A stretch of 64,000 nucleotides of DNA from Octopus sinensis (Eukaryota), in NCBI RefSeq assembly GCF_006345805.1, contig NC_042999.1, positions 145,886,001 to 145,950,000 of the forward strand, written 5' to 3'. Positions 1 through 10,990 of the stretch are shown here, piece by piece. Below the pieces are notes generated by a model. The model worked only from the letters and a program-made list of their open reading frames with translations, made no database searches and was not told the DNA's origin. Numbering within the stretch: position 1 is the stretch's first letter; each line of letters starts with the position of its first letter. The translations under genes were made by a program, and so were the position numbers.

Positions 1-716
1 GAAAAAGCCAGCAAATTGGGTCAATGGGTTCCTCAAAACTTTCCGAGTCTAATCGCGTTCAGAGTGAATGTGTGCTCTTCTTTATTGTCACATCTCACGA
101 ATTTGTGGGGCAGAATAGTGACTGGTGACGAGAAATGGGTTCTCTATAAAAATGTCAAGCCTAAGGCTAAAGAAATCTTCACCCACGTAAGATGTTATTA
201 TCTGTTTGGTAGGATATGAAAGGTTTAGTCCACTTTGAACTTTTAAACCCAAACCAAACTATAACAACGGAGGTCTACTGCGAGCAACTTGAGTGGCGTG
301 AATCAGCGCTAGAAGTAAAACAACCATTTTGGGTTTCAAGACGAAAGGTGTTCTTCCATCAGGATAATGCTCGGTCACATACAGCGAGGATGACATTTCA
401 AAGGCAAGAGCAGTTTGAGTGGGAAACGATGCCCCACCTACCATATTTGCCGGACATTACGCCTTCTGACTATCATTTATTCCGCAGTCTTCAAAATCAT
501 GTGAACGGAAAAAAATATGAATTCTGTTGACGAGATCAGAACAGTAATGGAAGAGCATTTTTAGTCACAGACGAGTGAATTTTGGAAGAGGGGCCTGGCA
601 AGTCTACCAGATAGATGAAAGAACATTGTAGAAAATGAAGGAGAGTATATTTTTATCTTAATTTTGAAAAATAAACGACGAATAAAAAAGCCGCATTATT
701 TATGGGATGACTCAAT
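1..716 (+). mobile_element. Mariner transposon remnant (3' two-thirds plus right TIR), frameshifted
   Basis: Translates to VTGDEKW, HQDNARSHT and YLPDITPSDYHLFRSLQN (mariner DD34D motifs). Ends in a TIR-like GCATTATTTATGGGATGACTCAATA. Confidence 0.9.
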
Positions 717-773
717 ATGTATGAATGAATGCAACCATCTCTCTCTCTATATATAGGCTTATGTATGCATGCA

Positions 774-1480
774 CGAGGGTGGGCTCAAAAGTTCATAGTC
801 TGACCACAATGCAATGGTCGAACTTGAGCAAATGGGTTTTATTTTTCGACATAGTCTCCCCTGCGGTCCATACACTTCTTCCATCGGTGTTGCAGCAATT
901 GGATTCCCGTAGTATTGAAGATCTCCTCCTGACATTCGAAAAAGTCTTCAGCAGTAGATATAATCCTATCATCAGTCCGATACTGCTTTCCAGCCAAGTG
1001 TTTTTTCATGTTGAGGAGCAGAAAATAATCAGATGATGACAAATCAGGAAAATATGGAGGGTGATCCACAAGTTCAAAACCACAGTGGCGCACAGCAGCC
1101 ATTGAAACCACAGACTTGTGTGCAGGAGCATTTTCCTAGTGAAACAGAACCCTCTTCGTCAGTTTTCCAGGCCGTTTTCACTTGATTACTTTTCGCAACT
1201 GCCACAACAAGTTGGCATAGTATTCTCCATTGATAGTATGGCCTTTCCGAAAGTAGTCAATGAGGACATTGCCTTTTGCATCCCAGAAGACGAAGGCCAT
1301 CACTTTCCCTGCCGATGACACCACATTGACCTTCTTTGGTGGGGGAAAAGACGGAATTTTCCACTGCATGGACTGCCGTGTGATCTCTGGCTCAAAGTGG
1401 TGAACCCAACATTCATCTTGGTTAAGGAAACGTTCGAGAAAACCGGCTGGATTTGCTTTAAAAAGTGATACGTTCGCCTG
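774..1480 (-). mobile_element. Mariner transposon remnant (second family), 5'-truncated
   Basis: Minus-strand QDECWVHHFEPE, SAGKVMAFVFWD, HPPYFPDLSSSDY and RWKKC..RGDYVEK. TIR CGAGGGTGGGCTCAAAAGT at 774. Confidence 0.9.
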
Positions 1481-1602
1481 CGGGTCTATTTCTAGCAGTA
1501 CTAGTGTTGTAACATTCAGCACCCTTATTATAATTTATATTTCTAGCAGTACTAGTGTTGAAACATTCAGCACCCTTATTATAATTATATATTATATTTA
1601 TA

Positions 1603-2020
1603 ATATAAATTATAATAAGGGTGCTGAATGTTACAACACCAGTACTGCTAGAAGTAGACCCCAAATGGTCTAGGAACCACTTAGATTATTACTCCATTAC
1701 ACAAGGTCGCAAGCGAGGAAAACAGACGGCGAGGATTTATAAAATAATTTGGATAGTCCCAAATCTATATATTTCACGGTTTGAGTTATTAAAAACTGTT
1801 TCCGATCCTACTGACGATAGGAAAGGTTTTTTAATAGCTCAAACCGTGAAATCTATAGATTTGGGACTATCCAAATTATTTTATAAATCCTCGCTGTCTG
1901 TTTTCCTCGCTTGCGACCTTGTGTAGTGGAGTAATAATCTAAGTGGTTCCTAGACCATTTGGGGTCTACTTCTAGCAGTACTGGTGTTGTAACATTCAGC
2001 ACCCTTATTATAATTTATAT
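1603..2020. mobile_element. Foldback/MITE-like near-perfect hairpin element (~418 bp) in a TA-rich tract, with extra terminal fragments at 1482-1590 and 2033-2129
   Basis: 1621-1630 GTGCTGAATG pairs with 1993-2002 CATTCAGCAC, and the arms stay complementary to a centre near 1811. Confidence 0.85.
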
Positions 2021-2502
2021 TATATATATATATATATAAATTATAATAAGTGTGCTGAATGTTACAACACTAGTACTGCTAGAAATAGACTCCGAATGGT
2101 CTATGCACCACTTAGATTATTACTCCACTTACGTGCGCGCGCGCGTGTGTATGTATGTGTGTATGTATGTATGCATGTATGTATGCATGTATGTATGTAT
2201 GTATGTATGTAACTGCTTTCTCGTATACGAGCAAAGCCATTGTTAGAAAGAATCGTTGAAATGAGTAATTGATGATGCAATGTGAGGCCCTTGTATCTCT
2301 TGAGCCCAGCCAACGATTTGCATATTCTATTGCATAATGCACCACTGCGCTTTGACATGCCTTTTCAATCCTCCAACCGAAAGTTACAGCTTTTCATAGA
2401 CATGTTGCACATGTTCTGTTGTGAACAATACCCGTATCAAAGTGTGCTTCCAAGCCTTGATAACATCCTGCTGGTTGGGCATGTAAGCCAACATTGCATC
2501 TG

Positions 2503-2668
2503 AATGGGACGCCAGCACAATTCAGTATTCATTTGAAGTTGACTGGACTTGATTAACATGAAATAAAGTGTTTTGTTCAAGAACACAACGCCGCAACCGG
2601 TTGGGGAATCGAAAGTCTGATCGCAAGATCCTCAGTACCATACCCTATCCACTAGACTCCTCACCTTC
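2503..2668 (-). mobile_element. tRNA-derived SINE (family D), head region
   Basis: Minus strand has a degenerate A box (AGTCTAGTGG) and B box (TTCGATTCCC). Closely similar copy at 5271-5433. Confidence 0.65.
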
Positions 2669-4164
2669 ACACACACACACACACACACATATGTGTTTGC
2701 GTGTATGTGTGTGTGTGTTAAAACTACATATTTCTTTCTACTGAGAGCATCGGATTCTTTAAGAAATTTTCATATGGTTTTAATGTATCTGTATTTATGT
2801 TTAAAAATCTATACATGAATATATATGAATACACGTATTTGTGTGTATTATAATTAACTATTACGCCAGTTGTGTGTGGATTTTTTGCATTGTTATATTT
2901 ATAGAGAGAGGCAAAACGTAGATATCCTCTAAGCATTTTAATATAGAAGTTGTAAATGCTAATTAGAAGATAACACTTGTGTTATTTTAAAAACCTCCGA
3001 AATGTTATATCTAGCTCTAAGTGATATATTTGTATGAAAGTAATAATATACTATGGTATTAATTGATATGGCATATGTATACTCATATATATGCGAAAGC
3101 ATTTATATATATATGTATGCGTGAGTTTGCGTACGTCAGAAACCTAAATATAATTAATTTACAAAAAAATTTGATATCGTACAGTATGATACAGCTCTCT
3201 GTCTGTTTGATATTTAGATGTCTGAAACAATGTATCCGATAGTTTGCAGACGATGTAAAATTATTTCTAAGTATATATTTATAGATTATTATTTAAATTG
3301 TTGGGAGTAATCGAGGAATTTATTTTAAGTTGAACGATGTTCACACGCACACGCATGCACACGCGCACAAACACACATAAATATTGAGACACATTCGCAA
3401 ACAAACTGAAAATATTTATTTAGGAATCATCATGTCCTGAGATTTTAGGTAGAATTGAAAAGAGTCAGTTACATATAGATGGAATTTCCAAACGCACAAT
3501 CTCACCCATAAACATATAATTATGGTGTTGCGCCCATATGCATTTGTATAGGTATATGTATATATATGTATCTGTTTTTGTGTATTTGTTATATGCGTGT
3601 GTGTTTATTATATGCGTGTGTAGTTGTGTAGGTGCATGAATACGAGACGTGGTCAATATTTCCATGTGTAACTAAATAGTTCTTAAATCTAATATAATAG
3701 CCAAATGTTTATTATCGAAACCACTTCTGATCTGCTTGGAAGCAGAAGTTGATTTTGTTTCACAAAAGTTTCCCTACTATTAATCACTAGCAGTTTATTT
3801 ACATCCTTTGACAGAAGTAAATTCAGAATGGTAAATACATGGCGCCATGTTCCAATTTGAAAGGGTTGTCTTCGGATATTGGTAGAAGATCATTTACGCT
3901 GTTTCAACCTCTGCACTACAGCACCGTTATAGTTACTATAGTTGAGTGTTTATTTACACATAGAACTGCAATTATATGTATGTAAGTATGTATGTATGTT
4001 TGTATGTATGTATGTATGTATATATGTATGCATGCATGTCATTGTTCAGTTTTATTTCAAGATTTCTTGCCAATAGAGAAAGAGCCGATTTCTAACCTAG
4101 ATTCAAGGCTCCTTCATTGAAGTTCCAATATTAACTGGCTATTTTTGTATGTACGTATGTATAA

Positions 4165-4992
4165 CAACTGGAATGTTTCCATCAGATGTGCCTCAGACGG
4201 ATCTATGGCATTAAGTGGAAGTACCGCATCAGTGATCTTAAAATATTGGAAGGCTCTCGGTGTGAAAGTATAGAAGCTCTTGTGTTAAAGCAAAGGCTCA
4301 GATGGAGTGGTCATCTGGTCAGGATGAATGATTCAAGGATGCCAAAACAACTCTTTTATGGAGAGTTTGCTAAAGGAGAACGACCTCCACATAAACCAAA
4401 AAAGAGGTATAAGGACTTGCTGAAGGCTTCCTTAAGAGATGCTTGCATCTCTCCTGACACATGGGAAGGCATAGCTATTGATCGTAGCAGGTGCAGAAGG
4501 ATTGTGCATGAGGGGACAACCACTTTTCAGAAATCTCGAGTTGCACATGAGAAAGTACGGAGGGATGTTAGGAAGGGCGTCGCTGTTACACTTCCAAAAG
4601 GGAAGGGTCTTCCTTTGATGCTGACATGCAATGTCTGTGCAAGACCCTGTCTCAGTAAAGCTGGACTCAAGAGTCATCTTCGTAGTCATAAAGCGAGACA
4701 GATGAGTGACAACCTGGTCACTGGTGGTGGTGTAACACACCATACTAATCATATCCGTCGGGCATGTGTAAGAGAGTGTAATTCGGTAGGAGGACTTAAA
4801 CGACATGCAAAGGTACATGAAGCCCAGTTACAACTACAGCCGGCTATTACCAGTAAAGGTTTTAGTTGCCAATTTTGTACAAGACATTGTAGATCTTTTT
4901 ATTGGGCTAAAAAGTCACATTCGATCACAGCACCAGTAACAGTTAAGCTTCATGCAATGGCCATACTCGATAACGAGGGAGCAGCCATAATG
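4165..4992 (+). mobile_element. RTE-clade (BovB-like) LINE 3' end with C-terminal C2H2 zinc fingers
   Basis: Open frame QLECFHQMCLRRIYGIKW...LRWSGHLVRMNDSRMPKQLFYGE...PKKRYKDLLK, then CxxC..HxxxH fingers. The short 3' UTR runs into a microsatellite. Confidence 0.9.
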
Positions 4993-5270
4993 CATATATG
5001 TATGAAAGTATGTATGTATGTATGAACGTATGTACGTATGTATGCATGTATGTATGCATATGTGCAGATTTGTATGTTTTGCCTTATGTATGTATTCTCA
5101 TGTATATAGTTGCATGCCTAGACAAGCTCATATAAAAGCTCGGAAGCTTTTACAGATTTTTTAGTTCCAGCGATGGATTGGATCTGTAGTCTTCGAATTA
5201 GTTTTCTCCTCTCTGCTTTTGAGAAGCTTAATTTCTTAAGATTGGCATTTAGGCAGTGTGTTACATATCC

Positions 5271-5433
5271 CAGCCCATTTCAGTATAGCAGGGTTATTCA
5301 TTTGAAGTTGACTGGACTTGATCAACATAAAGTAAAGTGTTTTGTTGAAGAACACAACGCCGCCGCCAGTCGGGGAATCGAAACTCCTATTGCAAGATCT
5401 TGAGTTAGCACTCCACCCTATCCACTAGACCAT
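5271..5433 (-). mobile_element. tRNA-derived SINE (family D), second copy
   Basis: Shares TTCATTTGAAGTTGACTGGACTTGAT...GAACACAACGCCGC...GGGAATCGAAA...CCCTATCCACTAGAC with 2503-2668. Confidence 0.65.
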
Positions 5434-5637
5434 GCATATATAATATACTGAAATAAGTAGTTGTGTATGTTAAAACTACGTATGTATGTGTGTATGTATG
5501 TATGTATGTATGTATGTATGCATGTATGTATGTATGTATGTATGTATGTATGTATGTATGCATGTATGTATGTATGTATGTATGTACGTATGCATGCAAG
5601 CACGCATATATATATATATATATAATTAATCCAAATA

Positions 5638-6929
5638 CGAGGGACGTTCAATAAGTAATCCCCCTGACCCACTTGCAGTTGTTTGATCTAGCTGAAATTT
5701 TGCATGTGCAATTATTTATATCTCTATAAAGTAAGTGGCAAATTACAGCTCTGAAATAAATGTTGTTTCTGATTTACAGGTGTTTGAACTGAGTCAAGTG
5801 TGAAATGGAGCCTGTTGAGTGTTGAGCAGTGATCCGGTTTTTGTATTTGAAAGGACGCACACCACGGGAGACTTTTGCTGAAATGAAAGTAACTTATGGT
5901 GATGATGCTCCATCATATGACCTTGTAAAACGCTGGCATCGTGAATTCAAACATGGTCGGAACTCTGTGGAAACAGCTCCCAGATCTGGTCGCCTCCTTT
6001 CTGCCATTGATGAGGCATATGTCCGTCAAGTTGAGGCTATCATTTTGGAAGATCGACGCATAACAATTCGCCAAATAGCCCATGAGGTCAAGATTAGTAC
6101 TGGGTCTGTGGAAACTATCATTCATGACCATTTGCATATGCAAAAGGTGTCTGCCAGATGGATTCCCAAGTTGCTCACACCTTTCCAGAAGCAAGAACGC
6201 GTCGAGTGCTCGAGGATGAATTTGGAGATGTGCCAAGAAGATGAGTCAAAATTTTTCAAAAGACTGATTACACAGGATGAAAGCTGGGTCCATCACTATG
6301 ATCCAGGGACCAAAGCCCAGTCAATGCAGTGGAAGCACCGTGACTCACCTCCTTCAAAGAAGGCAAGGGTGCAGCCCTCCGCTGGCAAGGTCATGCTCAC
6401 AGTCTTCTGGACCAGAACGGAGTAGTGATGACAGATTTCCTGGCAAAGGGTACCACAATTACAGGAGCCTATTATGCTTCACTTTTGAGGAAATTAAGAG
6501 GAGCTATCAAAATCAAGAGGCGGGGCAAGATCAGCGAAGGCATTCTCCTCCTGCAGGACAACGCTCCGGTCCACAACTAGCGTGTCGCCAGATCAGAAGC
6601 ACAGGCGTGCGGCTATGAACTCCTCCCCCATCCCCCCTACTCTCCTGACCTTGCACCCTCTGATTTTCACCTCTACCCATCCATGAAGTTGTTTTTGAAA
6701 GGAAAACGTTTCCCAGATGATGCAGCCTTGATTTCTGAAGTCACGTCGTGGTTGGAGGGCCAAGCTGGGGTCTTCTACAAAAACGGTCTCCAGAGCTGCA
6801 TCAAACGATGGGAGAAATACGTAACTCTGGGTGATTCCTATGTAGAAAAAGACTAATAACTGTGCTAAGTTTCGTTGCTCTACTGCTATGGGAAGTGGGT
6901 CAGGGGCATTACTTATTGAACGGCCCTCG
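5638..6929 (+). mobile_element. Full-length mariner (DD34D) element, ~1.29 kb, with inactivated transposase
   Basis: TIRs CGAGGGACGTTCAATAAGTAATCCCCCTGACCC and GGGTCAGGGGCATTACTTATTGAACGGCCCTCG, with TA at both ends. Confidence 0.97.
5805..6856 (+). pseudogene. Mariner transposase pseudogene
   Basis: ATG at 5805 and in-frame TGA at codon 7. Motifs PRSGR, WIPKLL, ITQDESW, QDNAPVH and HPPYSPDLAPSDF. One frameshift near 6410 and one further stop. Confidence 0.93.
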
Positions 6930-7175
6930 TATATATAATTAATCCAAATAGGCTGTGATTTCGTTGTTTTCTTTCTCTTTGCCATATACGGATTGCAAAT
7001 TCTGTTTGTTTGTGGAGACTTTTTTACTAGTAGGAGAAATGGTGACCTATTTGGCTGCCATTTCTAATATTTTCGGTATGTGGTTTTGAACAACTTGTTT
7101 CAATTAACCCTTTATTATAATTAATATATATATATATATATACCGGGACTGAAGCAGAGGTAGAGGGAGATGTAC

Positions 7176-7214
<39 letters not shown>

Positions 7215-7459
7215 CGTGTACATAGACATGCACATACAAATACACAACCATAGCCGTATAGTAACATATACATATATACATGCATAAAAATACAAATATA
7301 CACTAATATATAAATGATTCTCCGTCGGCTTCAACGATGAGGATTTAATTATTTCATCAGTTAAATTATTTGCTCATTCATTTAATGTGATAGTTGTTAA
7401 GTGAGCATTCTAGATATATATATACGCCACACAGACACATACATATGTATGTGTGTATA

Positions 7460-7491
<32 letters not shown>

Positions 7492-7495
<4 letters not shown>

Positions 7496-7622
7496 AAATT
7501 TAGAGGAATGACCACTAAACATTTCTGCTAAACATAGACGTCAAATCGCCATTAATGGCGATTTGATGTCTATGTTTAGCAGAAAGGGTGTCCACTTAGT
7601 GGTCATTCCTCTAAATTTTGTA
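7492..7622. mobile_element. Small palindromic MITE (~130 bp) at the end of a (TA)n tract
   Basis: Termini TACAAAATTTAGAGGAATGACCACTAA / TTAGTGGTCATTCCTCTAAATTTTGTA. Spacerless centre AATCGCCATTAATGGCGATT. Confidence 0.85.
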
Positions 7623-7714
7623 TGTGACACAATTTTTAATTTCCGTTTTTTTTTTTAAATATGCTAAGCCACTGGTTTTAATTGATTAATATAAATTTCT
7701 ACTCTTATTATTCA

Positions 7715-7883
<169 letters not shown>

Positions 7884-8477
7884 GGATGAATGAATTATTT
7901 TTTGTTTAGCGTTAACATGGAAAATTCAATAAACAGTTACCAGGATAGCAAAATTCACGCAAGTAACACGGATAAAACGACCTATTCAAAGGTAGAAACT
8001 CCGGGTTAATGTGTAGTAATTTGTGTAGTATAAGTAAATAAATGGAGATGAACGCAGATATTATTAAAATTTTTTTACTTTCGACATATGATTCGAAGAC
8101 AACATGGTTTTATTCCAAAGGAATAAACTGTGTAAAATGCAATCTTCTCATCAGGAAAGAAAGAGAGCCTCTCTCAACAAAACATTATAACGATTACGAT
8201 GACTGCCTAAATGATAAACAGAACGTTATTAAGTATTTAAAAAAACCGTTAGTAGATTCGATGTCAAAGGCAGATACTAGAAAGAGAAGGGTTAAAGAAA
8301 TAATAAGTAGAGAACAAATAAAGAGGGATACGTTGGTTGAAAAAATGTTCAAAGGCTTAGAAGTAGATTTCTCTATTGAAGTAAAGTGCAAGTTAAACTA
8401 ACTGTTCAAACTATAAAGACTGGCAAAATCACTTTTAACTTGCACTTTACTTCAATAGAGAAATCTACTTCTAAGCT

Positions 8478-8890
8478 AGGCAGGGTGCATCTTCGGGATA
8501 AAGGATTATTGCCTGCCCAATGTGATATTGTATGACGAACTTTCTACCGGCTATTGCGAGAGAGGGGCGCGCCAAAGAAACAATACAAGGATTGTTTTAA
8601 AAACTTCCTTGGTACCTGTCTCATCAACCATCGATAGTGGTCCACTCTAGCCAAGTACAGTGACGCATGGTATCTCACTATCAACCATACTGCCTCCTTC
8701 GAAAATCCCTACCGAGCCACTCTCAAGGACAACTGGTGCAGGAGGAAAAATAGCAACAGGACATCTTCAAACCCTGACCAAACAGTCAGCGATAGTGCCT
8801 ACCTGTGCTACAGTGGCCTTCTTTCAGCCATCAGCGTGCCAACAATCAACATGGACAAGCCTCTTAATATTCGCTCGCGAAGTCAATCTA
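8478..8890 (+). mobile_element. RTE-clade LINE 3' end, degenerate
   Basis: Translates to LP..ILYDELSTG..ERGAPKKQYKDC and W.TLA...DAW. Tail ATATTCGCTCGCGAAGTCAA is followed by (TCTA)n. Confidence 0.8.
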
Positions 8891-8898
8891 ATATCAGT

Positions 8899-9069
<171 letters not shown>

Positions 9070-9517
9070 CACGTACATACATATGCACATAAACACATGT
9101 GTGTGTTTGAGTGTGCGTGCGTGTGTGAGTATTTGTGTGTATTTTTATGCGTGACTGAATCCATTGTACTTTTATTTTACATTCAGTCGTATCCAGTTGG
9201 TAGCTGTTCGTTTGTATGTACGTTATACATTCTAGAACATGTGCTTGTATGTATAATTATTCTACATAATACAGTGTTGACTAATCAGACACAAAATACA
9301 AGCTAAATCTGCTTATGAATATGAAATCCTACCGTTTATATGAAATTAGTGAAATTATTAGAAAATCAATTAGGAACGAATTATGCCCTTAATTGTTACA
9401 CGGAAATCCTTTACTTTCTTCTTTGATTGAGTGTACAATACACACTCAATGATAATTTGGTACATTACTCCACAAACGTCAATTAGAGAAAAAGCGAAAA
9501 ATAACATAGAATATACT

Positions 9518-9885
9518 GTGGCACTCTGTTGCTTACGACGACGAGGGTTCCAGTTGATCCGATCAACGCAATAGCCTGCTCGTTAAATTAACGTGCAAGT
9601 GGTTGAGCACTTCACAGACACATATGGCCTTAACGTAGTTCTCGGAGAGATTCAGCGTAACACAGAGTGTTAAAAGGCTGACCCTTTGAAATACAGATAC
9701 AACAGAAACAAGAAGAAACATTGTGAGAAAGTTGTTGTAAAAGCATACACCAAGGTTCGCCACCATACCCTGCCGGATCCTCGTAGAGCTTTAGGTGTTT
9801 TCGCTCAATAAACATTCACAATGCCCGGTCTGGGAATCGAAACACGATCCTACGATCGAACACGTACTCTTAACCACTACGCCAT
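9518..9885 (-). mobile_element. tRNA-derived SINE (family C)
   Basis: Minus-strand B box TTTCGATTCCCAGACCGGGC followed by GAGCGAAAACACCTAAAGCTC. The same body occurs at 38151-38525. Confidence 0.8.
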
Positions 9886-9889
9886 ATTC

Positions 9890-9978
9890 CCACGGGCATA
9901 TGGCGTAGTGATTAAGAGCGCGGGCTACTAACCCCAAGACTCCGAGTTCGATTCCAGGCAGTGACCTGAATAATAATG

Positions 9979-10018
<40 letters not shown>

Positions 10019-10049
10019 TAATAATCACAACAATAATTATAATAATAAT

Positions 10050-10091
<42 letters not shown>

Positions 10092-10270
10092 AATAATATA
10101 ATAATAATAATAATGAAAATAATAATATTAACAATAACAACAACAACAACAACATCGAAAAATACCTTAGGGATGAGAACCCAGGTTCGAAATTTCACGA
10201 AGACACCTGATGAAGGCTGGAGGGTATATCAGCCGAAATGTGTTAACAATAAACAAAACGAGGACAGATA
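9890..10270 (+). mobile_element. Solo Penelope-like terminal repeat: tRNA-like head, (AAT)n/(AAC)n tract and hammerhead motif
   Basis: Co-linear with 41070-41300 (minus), which directly follows a GIY-YIG ORF. A box TGGCGTAGTG, B box GAGTTCGATTCC. Confidence 0.8.
10202..10244 (+). ncRNA. Minimal type I hammerhead ribozyme motif (cleavage-site region deleted in this copy)
   Basis: GACAC-CTGATGA-A-GGCTG(GAGGGTATAT)CAGCC-GAAA-T-GTGTT. Stem I is GACAC/GTGTT and stem II is GGCTG/CAGCC. Confidence 0.7.
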
Positions 10271-10599
10271 GTTTACTTTAAAAGGCAGAAACTACGGGAA
10301 CAGTAATTGGTAAGTACTAGGTGTCCAATATCTTTTCGGGACAGTATAACAGGAGCCTATATGCGTTTACAAGGATAAAAGAAGTCGTGAAATATAAAGA
10401 AATATATTAAAATATATTACTTTATAGAACTTTTTAACTGATATACATTTATTAAGAAGTTGCTTTTGGTGCTCACAGGACAGTTGAGTCTTTTTTCCCG
10501 GGAATCTTTAATATTTGTCCTTATTATATGTAAAAATAATATAGTCATTTTGTTGTATAGCCTTGAATTTTCGGATTATTTTCTGACATCACTTTGATA

Positions 10600-10990
10600 T
10601 TTACGGTAGGTGGCAGTGTAGTTGCATAGAAGCGGGGATTTCTTTTGTCAATATGAATTTTTTTTTCTGTCATTGTTTTCTCCGCTAACGCGGAGAATAT
10701 TTCAGGCAACCGGTTTAGAAACATGGTACTCTCTGCATAATTAACAACAGCGAGATGTGACATACGCATTTTTTTCTTCACTTCCGTGTTTCGACTCCAG
10801 AGTGCACATGCACATTGCGTGTTCATATTTCTTCTTCCGGTTCCTACTCAAAACTGTTTACAAATCTCAACCATATCGCGGATCTCCGGTGGTGAGAAGC
10901 GCTTCGCTCTTCGATGGTTGTGAAAATCGTTTTGGGACCGCTGGCCTACAGGTTCTCAGAGCTTTGGTTCTTTGACAGCGTTGACCATCA
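10600..10990. promoter_or_regulatory. Locally CpG-rich, promoter-like unique segment
   Basis: Many CG dinucleotides relative to the flanks, ETS-like CACTTCCG and TTCTTCCGG, and an NRF1-like TGCACATGCA. No repeat family recognised. Confidence 0.3.

Noticed and set aside
1800-1830. CTGACGA..GAAA in the loop of the foldback element
   Set aside because: No stem II between the motifs. CTGACGA is simply a hairpin loop.
3243-3270. FADDVKLF RT-like motif
   Set aside because: Isolated octapeptide with no flanking RT motifs.
9890-9968. Possible tRNA genes here, at 41230-41305 and at the SINE heads
   Set aside because: No proper acceptor stem, weak anticodon stem, and each is embedded in a repeat body.
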